A DNA stretch of 60,630 nt from an uncultured Candidatus Saccharibacteria bacterium (lineage in GTDB: Bacteria > Patescibacteriota > Doudnabacteria > UBA920), in NCBI GenBank assembly GCA_964521955.1, contig CAZFTX010000006.1, forward strand, positions 1 through 60,630. Direction: 5' to 3'. A program made the translations under genes and the position numbers. Below are positions 8,176 to 16,852 of this stretch, in pieces. Positions within the stretch are counted from its first letter, which is position 1. Each line of letters starts with the position of its first letter. The notes under the pieces are model-generated. The model was not told where the DNA came from and made no database searches. It was given only the letters and a program-made list of their open reading frames with translations.

Positions 8176-11100
8176 ATGAAAACCAAAAAACGAAAACTTT
8201 TTGAGTCAGGAGAAACTTCTCAACCTATTGATTTCACAAAATTTTTTAATGCTTTTAAAAAATCAGCGTCAATTTTGCTGATTTTTTTGTTTATTTTAAC
8301 ACCCTTAACACCAGCATTTGCACAGGAAGCTATTTTAGACAATTTAACTACAAACCCGACTACAGAAGATAATACCCCTTTGCCTGGGGTAGCTCCTACC
8401 AATGAAATTCCTAGTTCCGATATTCCAACAGAACAGGACAGTATTTCCGAAACAATAGATTCCACTGCAGGCCCTAATCCAAATGTTGATACTGTCGTTG
8501 TGCCCCAAGCTTCTAACCCTGAAGATGTTAAAGAAATATTACCGGAAGAAACTGTTCCACTTGGTGAAGAGGCATCGCTTTCAGATGAAGAGGGGTTAGA
8601 AACAGAAGACCCTCCACAGGGATTAATGGACTCCGGAGAAGGCTATGACGGTCCGGTTGACCCTAAAGCAAATGAGGTTGGACAGCGCCTTGCTCGGACT
8701 GATGAACATACCGGAGCTTTGGTTACAAATGTACCGATTGTATTACCACCGGGAAGAAACGGGATGCAACCAAATTTAGCACTTTCCTATAACTCTCAAA
8801 ACCAGGAAGATGGTAGTCCATTTGGTTATGGTTGGACACTTAACATTCCGTACATTGAGAGAGTCAATAAAATGGGGACTGAAAAATTATACAGTACCAC
8901 TAGCCCGGTTTTTTTCAGTTCGTCTTTAGACGGAGAACTTGCCACCACAACTGCTACTACAACTTATATTTCCAGGGTAGATTATGGTGACATGCGTTCC
9001 TATACCTTTTCCAATAATCAATGGACTGTTGTGGATAAATCCGGAACACAATATAAATTTGGACATGCCAGTTCCACACAACAGACCAGCACTTCTTCCG
9101 CTACACAAATCTATAAATGGATGTTAGAGGAGGTGCGTGACAAAAACGACAATTTCATTAAGTACACTTATTACAAAGATAGCGGCCAAATTTACCCCGA
9201 CACTATTTATTATACCGGCACCAGTACTGTAAACGGTATATTTAAAGTCGAATTTTTGCGGGAGAGCAGGATTGACGCTTTCCCTTCTTTCAAAACAGGT
9301 TTTTCGGTAAAGTCTTTATATCGAATATACCAAATAAAAGTTTATGTTAATAATGATGTAGTTAGAAAGTACGATTTAACTTACACGGCAGGCAACAACA
9401 CTGTTCGGTCTTTGCTCAATGTAGTCCAAGAATCCGGCTATGTGGAAGGTTCAAGTACACCGCAATCTTTGCCTTCTACAACTTTTACCTACCAAACAAG
9501 TAACGAAGGATTTGCTACAGACGCAAGTCGCAGCTTTCCAAGTGATGCGAAGCTAAATTTTGAATGGGGTGATAAACTCGCAGACGTTAACGGAGATGGT
9601 TTAGTTGATTATATGTCAAGTTATACTCATAATGGACAACAAACATATCAGAAGGTATATTTGCAGAAACCCGACGGTACTTGGGCAACTTCAACAACTT
9701 ATACTATTCCTTTTGTTTTTTATTATACTACATGGCTTTCTTTTCATTACACATACCTTTTAATAGTAGACGTTAACGCTGATGGCAGGATTGACCTTGT
9801 CCACGAGGACGGAAGTGTTTACATTAATAACGGTTCAAACTGGGTTGAAGATGTAAATTGGAATACGCCAGTTTATCTTTCTGATCCTTATCCTCCTCAT
9901 ACTGACGACGTTAACGGCGATGGGTTGCCTGATCTTGTTGCCAAGAATAACTCCGCGGTGTTCTTAAACACCGGTACTACCTGGGAGAGCGCGACTTCCA
10001 CAGTCTTTTCTGCGCCTTCAACAACGGAATTTTTTACAGACATAAATAACGATACTCTTACAGACTCGCTAATTTTAACTAGTAGCCCCAGCATAGCTCT
10101 TAGTAATGGAATAGGGGTTTGGGTAAACACAACTTCTACCCCGACCAGTTCATTACCGGGTCTTACCATCCCTTTAGATATTGACGGAGACGGTATGGCC
10201 GATCTGTTTGAAAGCAGTGTGGATTCGGGGGTTGCCCATAGGGACGCTTATCAAGGCACAGGACAAAGTTGGAACCAAAAGACCAACTGGATTCAGACTG
10301 ATGTAAATTTAAGATATAATATTCAGCCAACTGTAGACCGAGCACTGGATTGGAATGGCGACGGGTTACCGGATTTTTCAGTTGGAGGCGCCGCAAGGAT
10401 AAACCAAAACAAAAAGGCGGATTTGCTAACAAAAATAGATTATCCCACTGGCGGTTTTTCCGCAATTACTTACAAACCTTCAACCCAATATTCTACAAGT
10501 AATGTTTTAGACAACCCCTCCTTACCTTTGATTGTTTATACTGCCCAAAAGATTGAGAGTAACGACGGTACTTCCACCAGCACCAGTGACACTTATGTTT
10601 ATAAAGGTGGTAATTATTATTTTAACAACCCTTGGGACAAAAAATTTGCAGGTTTTGAACAGATTGTAAAAACTGACGCTGCCGGCAACGTTACTAAAAC
10701 TTTTTTCCACACTGCCAGCAGTACTGATTCTAGTCATGGCGAATATTTAGACAACTTGTGGAAAATAGGCAAGCCATATAGAGTCGAAAAATACGACAAT
10801 AACAGCAATCTGGTAAAAAAGACTATAAACAAATGGGATGTTGCAACTTCAACTCAAGCCGCGGGGTTTGTTAAGCTTGCTCAATCAGTTGTTTTTGACT
10901 ATGGCTCTAGCACAACACCTAAAAGCATGGCAGAAACCTATACTTATGATAATTCTACTGGCAACCTGACACAAAAAGTTGAGTATGGAGAAGTAACCGG
11001 AAGCGATGACGGTACTTTTAGCGATACAGGCACTGACGATTTTACTACCACATATACTTACGCTACAAGTTCTACCACAACGGTTATGAGTTTGCTGGCC

Positions 11101-14100
11101 AGTGACTCAACCGTTGACCATAGCAGTAACAAAGCTAAAGAAAGTAGGTATTATTATGACAACCTGGCTTTACGCATTGTTAATCTTGGAAATTTAACCA
11201 AAAGAGAAGACTGGAAAGTTAGCAGTACATACATAGACACCGAAAAAACATATAATAGTTATGGATTGGTGGTTACGGAAAAAGATCCGAGAGATAAAAC
11301 TACTACATATTCATACGACACAAACAATTTATACCCAACAAGAGTTACAAATCCAGTAAGTCATGTAAGTACTTATTCTTACGATTATTCATCCGGGAAA
11401 GTTGCAACTTCTACGGATCCAAATGGCAATATTTTTGTAAATGTCTATGACGGTCTAGACAGAGTGTTAAAACAAAAACAACCAGACCCGGCCGCAACTT
11501 CAACTCTCTTAACAGCGACGGATTTCACTTATACAGATATTGCCAGAGCAATGAGTGTTAAGAAAAGTAATTACTTGGATTCAGCAACCACTACTGACTC
11601 TTATATTTATTTGGACGGTTTGGGCAGAAAAATACAGGAACGCAAAGAAGCCACTAGCACCTATTTTTCGGTTAAAGACTTTGTCTACAACAACCGTGGG
11701 CTACTGTTAAAAGAAACACTCCCATATTTTTCTAGCGGGAGCGGTACAACCACAGCTACTAGCACTACCGCTCTTTATACTACTTATGTGTATGATGCGT
11801 TGCAGAGGGTTACGGCAACTAACAACGCAATAAGTACAAGCACAAACTCTTACTCAAATTGGAAGACCACAACTACAGATTTACGGGGTAAGGTAAAGCA
11901 CTACTATAGGGACGCTTATAATAATTTAATAAAGGTTGAGGAAGAAAATTTTGCAGCATCATCTTCAACGCCGTCTGAGTTATATAGTAATTCTTTATAT
12001 AACGATGCAAACCTTGTTGCCTATTATCGTTTGGAGGATTCCGCTGACAGTAAAGGGAGTTACACTTTAAGTGCTAATGGTAGCCCTTCTTCAGTTTCGG
12101 CCAAATTTAACAACGGCTATTCCTACAGTGCTTCTCCATACCACAATACTGGTTCGAATTTGGGTATTATCGGTGGTGCTGTAACAATTAGTGGTTGGGT
12201 TAAGATAAATGCAAATCCCTCTTCTGGGTCAACGTGGTATTTAGCTTCCCAATTTAACAGCTCAGCGAAGGTTGGCTATGATTTCTGGTATGGAAATAGT
12301 GGCGGAACTTATACATTCTCGGTAAATCGCGGAAAATCAGGAGTGTCGGATAATCCGGTAAGCGTTGCAGGTGATTTAGGCACTTCTGTTTACCATCATG
12401 TTGTTTTAACCTATGACGGTACGTCTCTTAAGGGTTATTTAGATGGCAATTTATTTGGAACACTCAGTACCAGCGGTAACGGTTCTGGAGGGTCAGTTAA
12501 CGATTTTGTTATAGGGTGTGCTTATAACGGCACTTCCTGTGGAAATATTAGTTGGGATGATATGGCGGTATTCAGTCGCGCTTTAAGTGCTACAGAAGTC
12601 ACTAGTTTGTATTCTGCAGGGTATTCTACATATATTTATACCACTAACTATGCTTATAACTATTTGGGAAATCTTACAAATATAACGGACGCTTCCGGTA
12701 ATGTCCGTAATTTTACCTATGACGGTCTGGGAAGAAGGTTAACAGCGCAAGACCTTCATGCTACAGGTGATAGTACTTATGGTACTTACACATACACATA
12801 TGACGACGCAGGGAACCTGACCTCTAAAGTTGATGCAAAAAACCAAACGATAAATTACACCTATGACAATATTAACCGCCCCCTAACAGAAGATTATACT
12901 GGTCAGGCTGGAACTGAAATTACTAATACTTACGACACGTGTACGCAAGGCAGGGGCAGAATGTGTACCGCTTCTTCCTCGGCTGTAACCTTAACTAATA
13001 CATATAATGCTTTAGGACAACTTACACAAGAAGTAAAAGTAATAAGTGGTAACAGCTATACAAGTACCTACACCTATGACAGACAGGGTAATCAACTTAT
13101 TTTAACAAATCCTGACAATTCGCAAGTTAAGTATATTTATGACAGTGCGGGCATGGTAGACCGGGTACAAAGGAAAGAGTCAACCGACGGGAGCTATACA
13201 GATGTAGTTTCAAGTATTGACTACAATCCATTAGGCCAGGAAACTGTAATCACTTTTGTTAATGGAGCCATAACTACCAACACATATGACGACAGTAAGT
13301 TATACCGCTTAGTTCGTAAAGTTACAACCATCCCTCAAGCAGAAGGGTTAATGGGAGAAATACCAGACTTTTCTGAAATTATAGACGAATTACCAGCGCC
13401 TGAAACCTCCACAAGCACTCCTTCCTCAACTTCTACCGAAGATTCTCTTGCCTCCTCAAGTCCTCTTTCTTTAAACAGTGAATCTCCGGGATTTTTTGCT
13501 AGTCTTTGGCAAACTGTTACGAATGGATTTGACAGAGTCATAAGTAGAATCGTTAAAACAGGAAGTTATATCGCCAGTTTATTTACCGTCAAAACAGCTA
13601 TGGCGGCTGCTATTGAGCTGTATTCCACTGACTTATTCAACGACGCTAACCTGACAGCGTACTACAGAATGGAAAATACAAATGACAGTAAAAATAGTTA
13701 TCATCTTACAGCAGTTAGTAGCCCCTCTTCTGTTTCCGCCAAATTTAACAACGGCTATTCCTATGGCGGTTCGCCCTACCACCATACCAATTCAAACTTA
13801 GGGATTAACGGCGGAGCAGTGACTATTAGCGGTTGGGTTAAGATTAATGCAAATCCCTCTTCTGGTACTACATGGTATATAGCTTCGCAGTTTAACAGCA
13901 CTTCAGATGTTGAATATGACATTTGGTATGGTAACAGCGGGGGAACCTATACACTTTCAGTTAACCGAGGTAAGTCAGGAGTGTCAGACAATCCTGTGAG
14001 CGTTGCGGGTGATTTAGGCACTTCTGTTTACCATCATGTAGTTCTGACTTACGACGGCACTACCTTAACTGGGTACCTAGACGGTTCTTCCTTTGGAACC

Positions 14101-15780
14101 AGCGGAACAAGTGGAAACGGATCAGGTGGGTCGGTTAATGATTTTGTCATAGGCTGTGCTTACAACGGCACTTCTTGCGGAAACATAACATGGGATGATA
14201 TAGCAGTATTTAACAGAGCTCTTACTTCAGGTGAAGTGTCGGATTTGTATAACGGGGACACTCCTACTCCTACAACCGTAATTCAGGACTTAACTTATAC
14301 TTATGACAACAACGGCAACATTACTGAAATAGCTGATGATTCGGAAACACATACTTCTAAAACTACGAATTATACTTACGACGACTTAAACCGTTTGACC
14401 GCCGCTTCAACCACCCTAGCAAGTTTTGGTAGTAATTATAACCAGACCTATACTTACGACGCTATTGGGAATATTACCAGTAAATCTGACCAAGGAACCT
14501 ATACCTATGCAGGAAATGGTTATACAAACCCTCACGCAGTTACAAGTATAGGAACCGCCACCTCTACCTATGACAACAACGGCAACCTACTTGCTATTAA
14601 AACTAACAATGCTACCACTACCCTTTACACTTGGGACTATAACAACCTCCTTATCAGAGCTTCTTCTACAACTTCCGGCTTTAGGGCCACTTCAACCTAC
14701 GACTCTTTTGGTCAAAGAGCTAAGTATGTAACAGGTACTTCTTCTCAAACAACTACTTACTATCCAAGTAAGGGGTATAATATAACAGGGTCTACTCCTA
14801 CTAAACACATCTTCCTACCAAATGGAACCATGATAGCTACAATAGTAGGTACAGGAACATCTACAACTGTAAGTTACATACATACTGAGCATTTAGGTGG
14901 AACTAACGTGGTTACCAATTCAGCAGGAGATGCCGTAACTCAGCTATTGGATTATTATCCTTATGGTACAAGGAGATTGAACGAAGGTACGGATGTTTCC
15001 CAGCGTGAATTTACTGGACATGAGTATGATGAAACTGAAGATTTAGTTTATATGGGGGCAAGGTACTATAATGCAAACATTGGTAAATTTATAACCCAAG
15101 ATCCTGTTTTTTGGGATTTTGATTATTCTAGGCTGACTGATCCGCAGATTTTTAATAGCTACACATATGCAAGGAATAATCCAATAACTTATACTGACCC
15201 AGATGGTAGAGATGCAGTATTAAAATTTGATGAGAAAAATAAAACAATAATTATTAGTTCGACGATATACATTTATGGAGAAGGTGCTACTCAGGATGTT
15301 GCAAATAGAATGCAGAAAGATATTTCTGAAGTATGGGATACGGGGTGGACATATACAGACGAAAAGACTAATACAAAGTATTCAGTAAAATTTGAGGTAG
15401 AAGTTAGAGTGACAAAGCATTCTTGGACACATGGATATAGAAATGATTCGAATGTTATACAGGTGGGTGGAGTGGATCGTTCATATGTTGACGCAAAAAA
15501 AGCCAAAAAAGGGGCTTGGAGGGAAAATGAACCAGACCCAGCACCACATGAATTTGGACACTTGTTGGGTTTAGATGATAGATACTCCGATGAGGGCGGT
15601 TCAGATGAGGGATGGGAGGGTAACATAATGGCGGAGCCTGCCATGGAAGGAAAAGTAGAACAAAAAAATATTGATTCAATAATTAAACCATACGCAGAGA
15701 GCCATAATAATAGGTGGTTTCCGAAGTGGAATAAATCCACAACCCACCACGTTGCTCCTCGTAACGGTAATTTTAGATAA
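8176..15780 (+). CDS. giant SpvB/TcB-TcC-like RHS (YD-repeat) polymorphic toxin with C-terminal Zn-metallopeptidase payload
   Basis: Signal-like N-terminus (ILLIFLFILTPLTPAFA/QEA). SpvB-like LPPGRNGMQPNLALSYNSQ..FGYGW. Five DxNGDG FG-GAP/VCBS repeats (9580-10380). Many YD repeats (YTYDxxGN/R). RHS core end YTYARNNPITYTDPDG (DPDG = 15196-15207). HEFGHLLGLDDRY (HEFGH = 15547-15561). ATG 8176 preferred over the track TTG at 8146. Confidence 0.9.
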   Translation: MKTKKRKLFESGETSQPIDFTKFFNAFKKSASILLIFLFILTPLTPAFAQEAILDNLTTNPTTEDNTPLPGVAPTNEIPSSDIPTEQDSISETIDSTAGPNPNVDTVVVPQASNPEDVKEILPEETVPLGEEASLSDEEGLETEDPPQGLMDSGEGYDGPVDPKANEVGQRLARTDEHTGALVTNVPIVLPPGRNGMQPNLALSYNSQNQEDGSPFGYGWTLNIPYIERVNKMGTEKLYSTTSPVFFSSSLDGELATTTATTTYISRVDYGDMRSYTFSNNQWTVVDKSGTQYKFGHASSTQQTSTSSATQIYKWMLEEVRDKNDNFIKYTYYKDSGQIYPDTIYYTGTSTVNGIFKVEFLRESRIDAFPSFKTGFSVKSLYRIYQIKVYVNNDVVRKYDLTYTAGNNTVRSLLNVVQESGYVEGSSTPQSLPSTTFTYQTSNEGFATDASRSFPSDAKLNFEWGDKLADVNGDGLVDYMSSYTHNGQQTYQKVYLQKPDGTWATSTTYTIPFVFYYTTWLSFHYTYLLIVDVNADGRIDLVHEDGSVYINNGSNWVEDVNWNTPVYLSDPYPPHTDDVNGDGLPDLVAKNNSAVFLNTGTTWESATSTVFSAPSTTEFFTDINNDTLTDSLILTSSPSIALSNGIGVWVNTTSTPTSSLPGLTIPLDIDGDGMADLFESSVDSGVAHRDAYQGTGQSWNQKTNWIQTDVNLRYNIQPTVDRALDWNGDGLPDFSVGGAARINQNKKADLLTKIDYPTGGFSAITYKPSTQYSTSNVLDNPSLPLIVYTAQKIESNDGTSTSTSDTYVYKGGNYYFNNPWDKKFAGFEQIVKTDAAGNVTKTFFHTASSTDSSHGEYLDNLWKIGKPYRVEKYDNNSNLVKKTINKWDVATSTQAAGFVKLAQSVVFDYGSSTTPKSMAETYTYDNSTGNLTQKVEYGEVTGSDDGTFSDTGTDDFTTTYTYATSSTTTVMSLLASDSTVDHSSNKAKESRYYYDNLALRIVNLGNLTKREDWKVSSTYIDTEKTYNSYGLVVTEKDPRDKTTTYSYDTNNLYPTRVTNPVSHVSTYSYDYSSGKVATSTDPNGNIFVNVYDGLDRVLKQKQPDPAATSTLLTATDFTYTDIARAMSVKKSNYLDSATTTDSYIYLDGLGRKIQERKEATSTYFSVKDFVYNNRGLLLKETLPYFSSGSGTTTATSTTALYTTYVYDALQRVTATNNAISTSTNSYSNWKTTTTDLRGKVKHYYRDAYNNLIKVEEENFAASSSTPSELYSNSLYNDANLVAYYRLEDSADSKGSYTLSANGSPSSVSAKFNNGYSYSASPYHNTGSNLGIIGGAVTISGWVKINANPSSGSTWYLASQFNSSAKVGYDFWYGNSGGTYTFSVNRGKSGVSDNPVSVAGDLGTSVYHHVVLTYDGTSLKGYLDGNLFGTLSTSGNGSGGSVNDFVIGCAYNGTSCGNISWDDMAVFSRALSATEVTSLYSAGYSTYIYTTNYAYNYLGNLTNITDASGNVRNFTYDGLGRRLTAQDLHATGDSTYGTYTYTYDDAGNLTSKVDAKNQTINYTYDNINRPLTEDYTGQAGTEITNTYDTCTQGRGRMCTASSSAVTLTNTYNALGQLTQEVKVISGNSYTSTYTYDRQGNQLILTNPDNSQVKYIYDSAGMVDRVQRKESTDGSYTDVVSSIDYNPLGQETVITFVNGAITTNTYDDSKLYRLVRKVTTIPQAEGLMGEIPDFSEIIDELPAPETSTSTPSSTSTEDSLASSSPLSLNSESPGFFASLWQTVTNGFDRVISRIVKTGSYIASLFTVKTAMAAAIELYSTDLFNDANLTAYYRMENTNDSKNSYHLTAVSSPSSVSAKFNNGYSYGGSPYHHTNSNLGINGGAVTISGWVKINANPSSGTTWYIASQFNSTSDVEYDIWYGNSGGTYTLSVNRGKSGVSDNPVSVAGDLGTSVYHHVVLTYDGTTLTGYLDGSSFGTSGTSGNGSGGSVNDFVIGCAYNGTSCGNITWDDIAVFNRALTSGEVSDLYNGDTPTPTTVIQDLTYTYDNNGNITEIADDSETHTSKTTNYTYDDLNRLTAASTTLASFGSNYNQTYTYDAIGNITSKSDQGTYTYAGNGYTNPHAVTSIGTATSTYDNNGNLLAIKTNNATTTLYTWDYNNLLIRASSTTSGFRATSTYDSFGQRAKYVTGTSSQTTTYYPSKGYNITGSTPTKHIFLPNGTMIATIVGTGTSTTVSYIHTEHLGGTNVVTNSAGDAVTQLLDYYPYGTRRLNEGTDVSQREFTGHEYDETEDLVYMGARYYNANIGKFITQDPVFWDFDYSRLTDPQIFNSYTYARNNPITYTDPDGRDAVLKFDEKNKTIIISSTIYIYGEGATQDVANRMQKDISEVWDTGWTYTDEKTNTKYSVKFEVEVRVTKHSWTHGYRNDSNVIQVGGVDRSYVDAKKAKKGAWRENEPDPAPHEFGHLLGLDDRYSDEGGSDEGWEGNIMAEPAMEGKVEQKNIDSIIKPYAESHNNRWFPKWNKSTTHHVAPRNGNFR
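11977..12612 (+). repeat. intragenic LamG/ConA-like unit 1 (636 nt)
   Basis: ELYSNSLYNDANLVAYYRLED...GWVKINANPSSG...VYHHVVLTYDG...NDFVIGCAYNGTSCGNISWDDMAVFSRAL. Same length as 13615-14250 and identical to it at most positions. Confidence 0.8.
13615..14250 (+). repeat. intragenic LamG/ConA-like unit 2 (636 nt)
   Basis: ELYSTDLFNDANLTAYYRMEN...GWVKINANPSSG...VYHHVVLTYDG...NDFVIGCAYNGTSCGNITWDDIAVFNRAL. Confidence 0.8.
14686..14897 (+). repeat. 212-bp handle inside the main rhs gene, identical to 16859-17070
   Basis: CCACTTCAACCTACGACTCTTTTGGTCAAAGAGC ... CATACTGAGCATTTAGG read identically at both sites; divergence starts right after. Confidence 0.9.
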
Positions 15781-15781
15781 A

Positions 15782-16204
15782 ATGCTTATGAAAAAAAATA
15801 CAAGTTTAATACTAATAGTAATAATTATTATAGGAGCAATTATTTTTATAGTATTTTATAAAAATAAGGCCTCGGAACCTATGATTGACAAGTCTCAAAA
15901 CGGCAAAGAAACACAAACTTATCAAGGGTATCTTATAAGAAACCCCGAAGCTATGTATTTTGTATATAATTACCCGCTGGAAGACAATAAAGATTCTGAG
16001 AAGTTTTGGGTTAAAGATCAAAATAACAAAGAAGTGATGAGTTGGGAAAAAAGTTTAGTCTGGAAACCTATTAGTCCAAATAGCAAATCAGAATTTGTTA
16101 AAGTTACCATAGTAGGCAAGTCTCACGGGCCTGGTGTGTATGGCGGAGTTCCCGGGTATAAGTTTGAGATCGAAGTTCATAATGTAAATCAAATTTTTGA
16201 ATAG
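15782..16204 (+). CDS. small N-terminally membrane-anchored protein; candidate immunity protein for the metallopeptidase payload
   Basis: ATG 2 nt after the rhs stop. MLMKKNTSLILIVIIIIGAIIFIVF anchor then a ~110-aa soluble domain. Position immediately 3' of a polymorphic toxin. Confidence 0.55.
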   Translation: MLMKKNTSLILIVIIIIGAIIFIVFYKNKASEPMIDKSQNGKETQTYQGYLIRNPEAMYFVYNYPLEDNKDSEKFWVKDQNNKEVMSWEKSLVWKPISPNSKSEFVKVTIVGKSHGPGVYGGVPGYKFEIEVHNVNQIFE

Positions 16205-16207
16205 GTC

Positions 16208-16828
16208 ATGGACGACAATGTAAAGTTAATAGATTATTTCCGTGCCAACATTTTTGAAGCGGAAAGTTCGTATAATGCTTGGAAGATGATATATTATGCT
16301 AGATGTACGCCTATCGTTGGGCAGAAATTAGCAGTACAATACACAAAAATTCAAAACTACCATAACCCTTTCTTTACTATTGCGGAACGTTCTCTTTTAA
16401 TTGCTTGGGTTTTGTTAAGCTGCCATGCATTTGATAAAGATAATCGCTCATGCTCTCTTTCAAAAGTTGATCCAGAATTATGTTCAAAATTTCTTGAAGA
16501 TGCAGAAAATAACAATATCATGGAGCAGTTAAAAACCACACGGGATAAACTTTTTGCACATAAGGAAAGTGGAATAGATCCAAAGTCAATTACTTTACCG
16601 AGCGTTGAAAGAATGGACGCATTTTTTACACGCTTAAAGATCTTGTATAATGAATTAAGCAAATTGGTTGATAGGTCTTTTACCGCTTTTGATTTTACGG
16701 ATGACGTCAAGCAAAGTATGGAGCATTTGTACATGAACTTAGAACGGGGAGAAACCATGCGCTTAAAAGAAATTGATATAGAATGGATGTGGAAAAAAGA
16801 CGATAGTAGAGCTTTAAAAAAAGTTTAG
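16208..16828 (+). CDS. cytoplasmic helical protein with HEPN-like Rx5H motif (AbiU2-like?)
   Basis: 206 aa with no TM segment. ...LKTTRDKLFAHKES... fits the HEPN Rx4-6H motif. The family call comes from pattern memory only. Confidence 0.5.
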   Translation: MDDNVKLIDYFRANIFEAESSYNAWKMIYYARCTPIVGQKLAVQYTKIQNYHNPFFTIAERSLLIAWVLLSCHAFDKDNRSCSLSKVDPELCSKFLEDAENNNIMEQLKTTRDKLFAHKESGIDPKSITLPSVERMDAFFTRLKILYNELSKLVDRSFTAFDFTDDVKQSMEHLYMNLERGETMRLKEIDIEWMWKKDDSRALKKV

Positions 16829-16852
16829 AATAAATAACTAGCCACAGGAGGA

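Noticed and set aside
16846-16851. AGGAGG directly before the orphan rhs ATG, as evidence for independent translation
   Set aside because: Only 1 nt separates it from the ATG, which is too close for SD function. The orphan may be silent until recombined.
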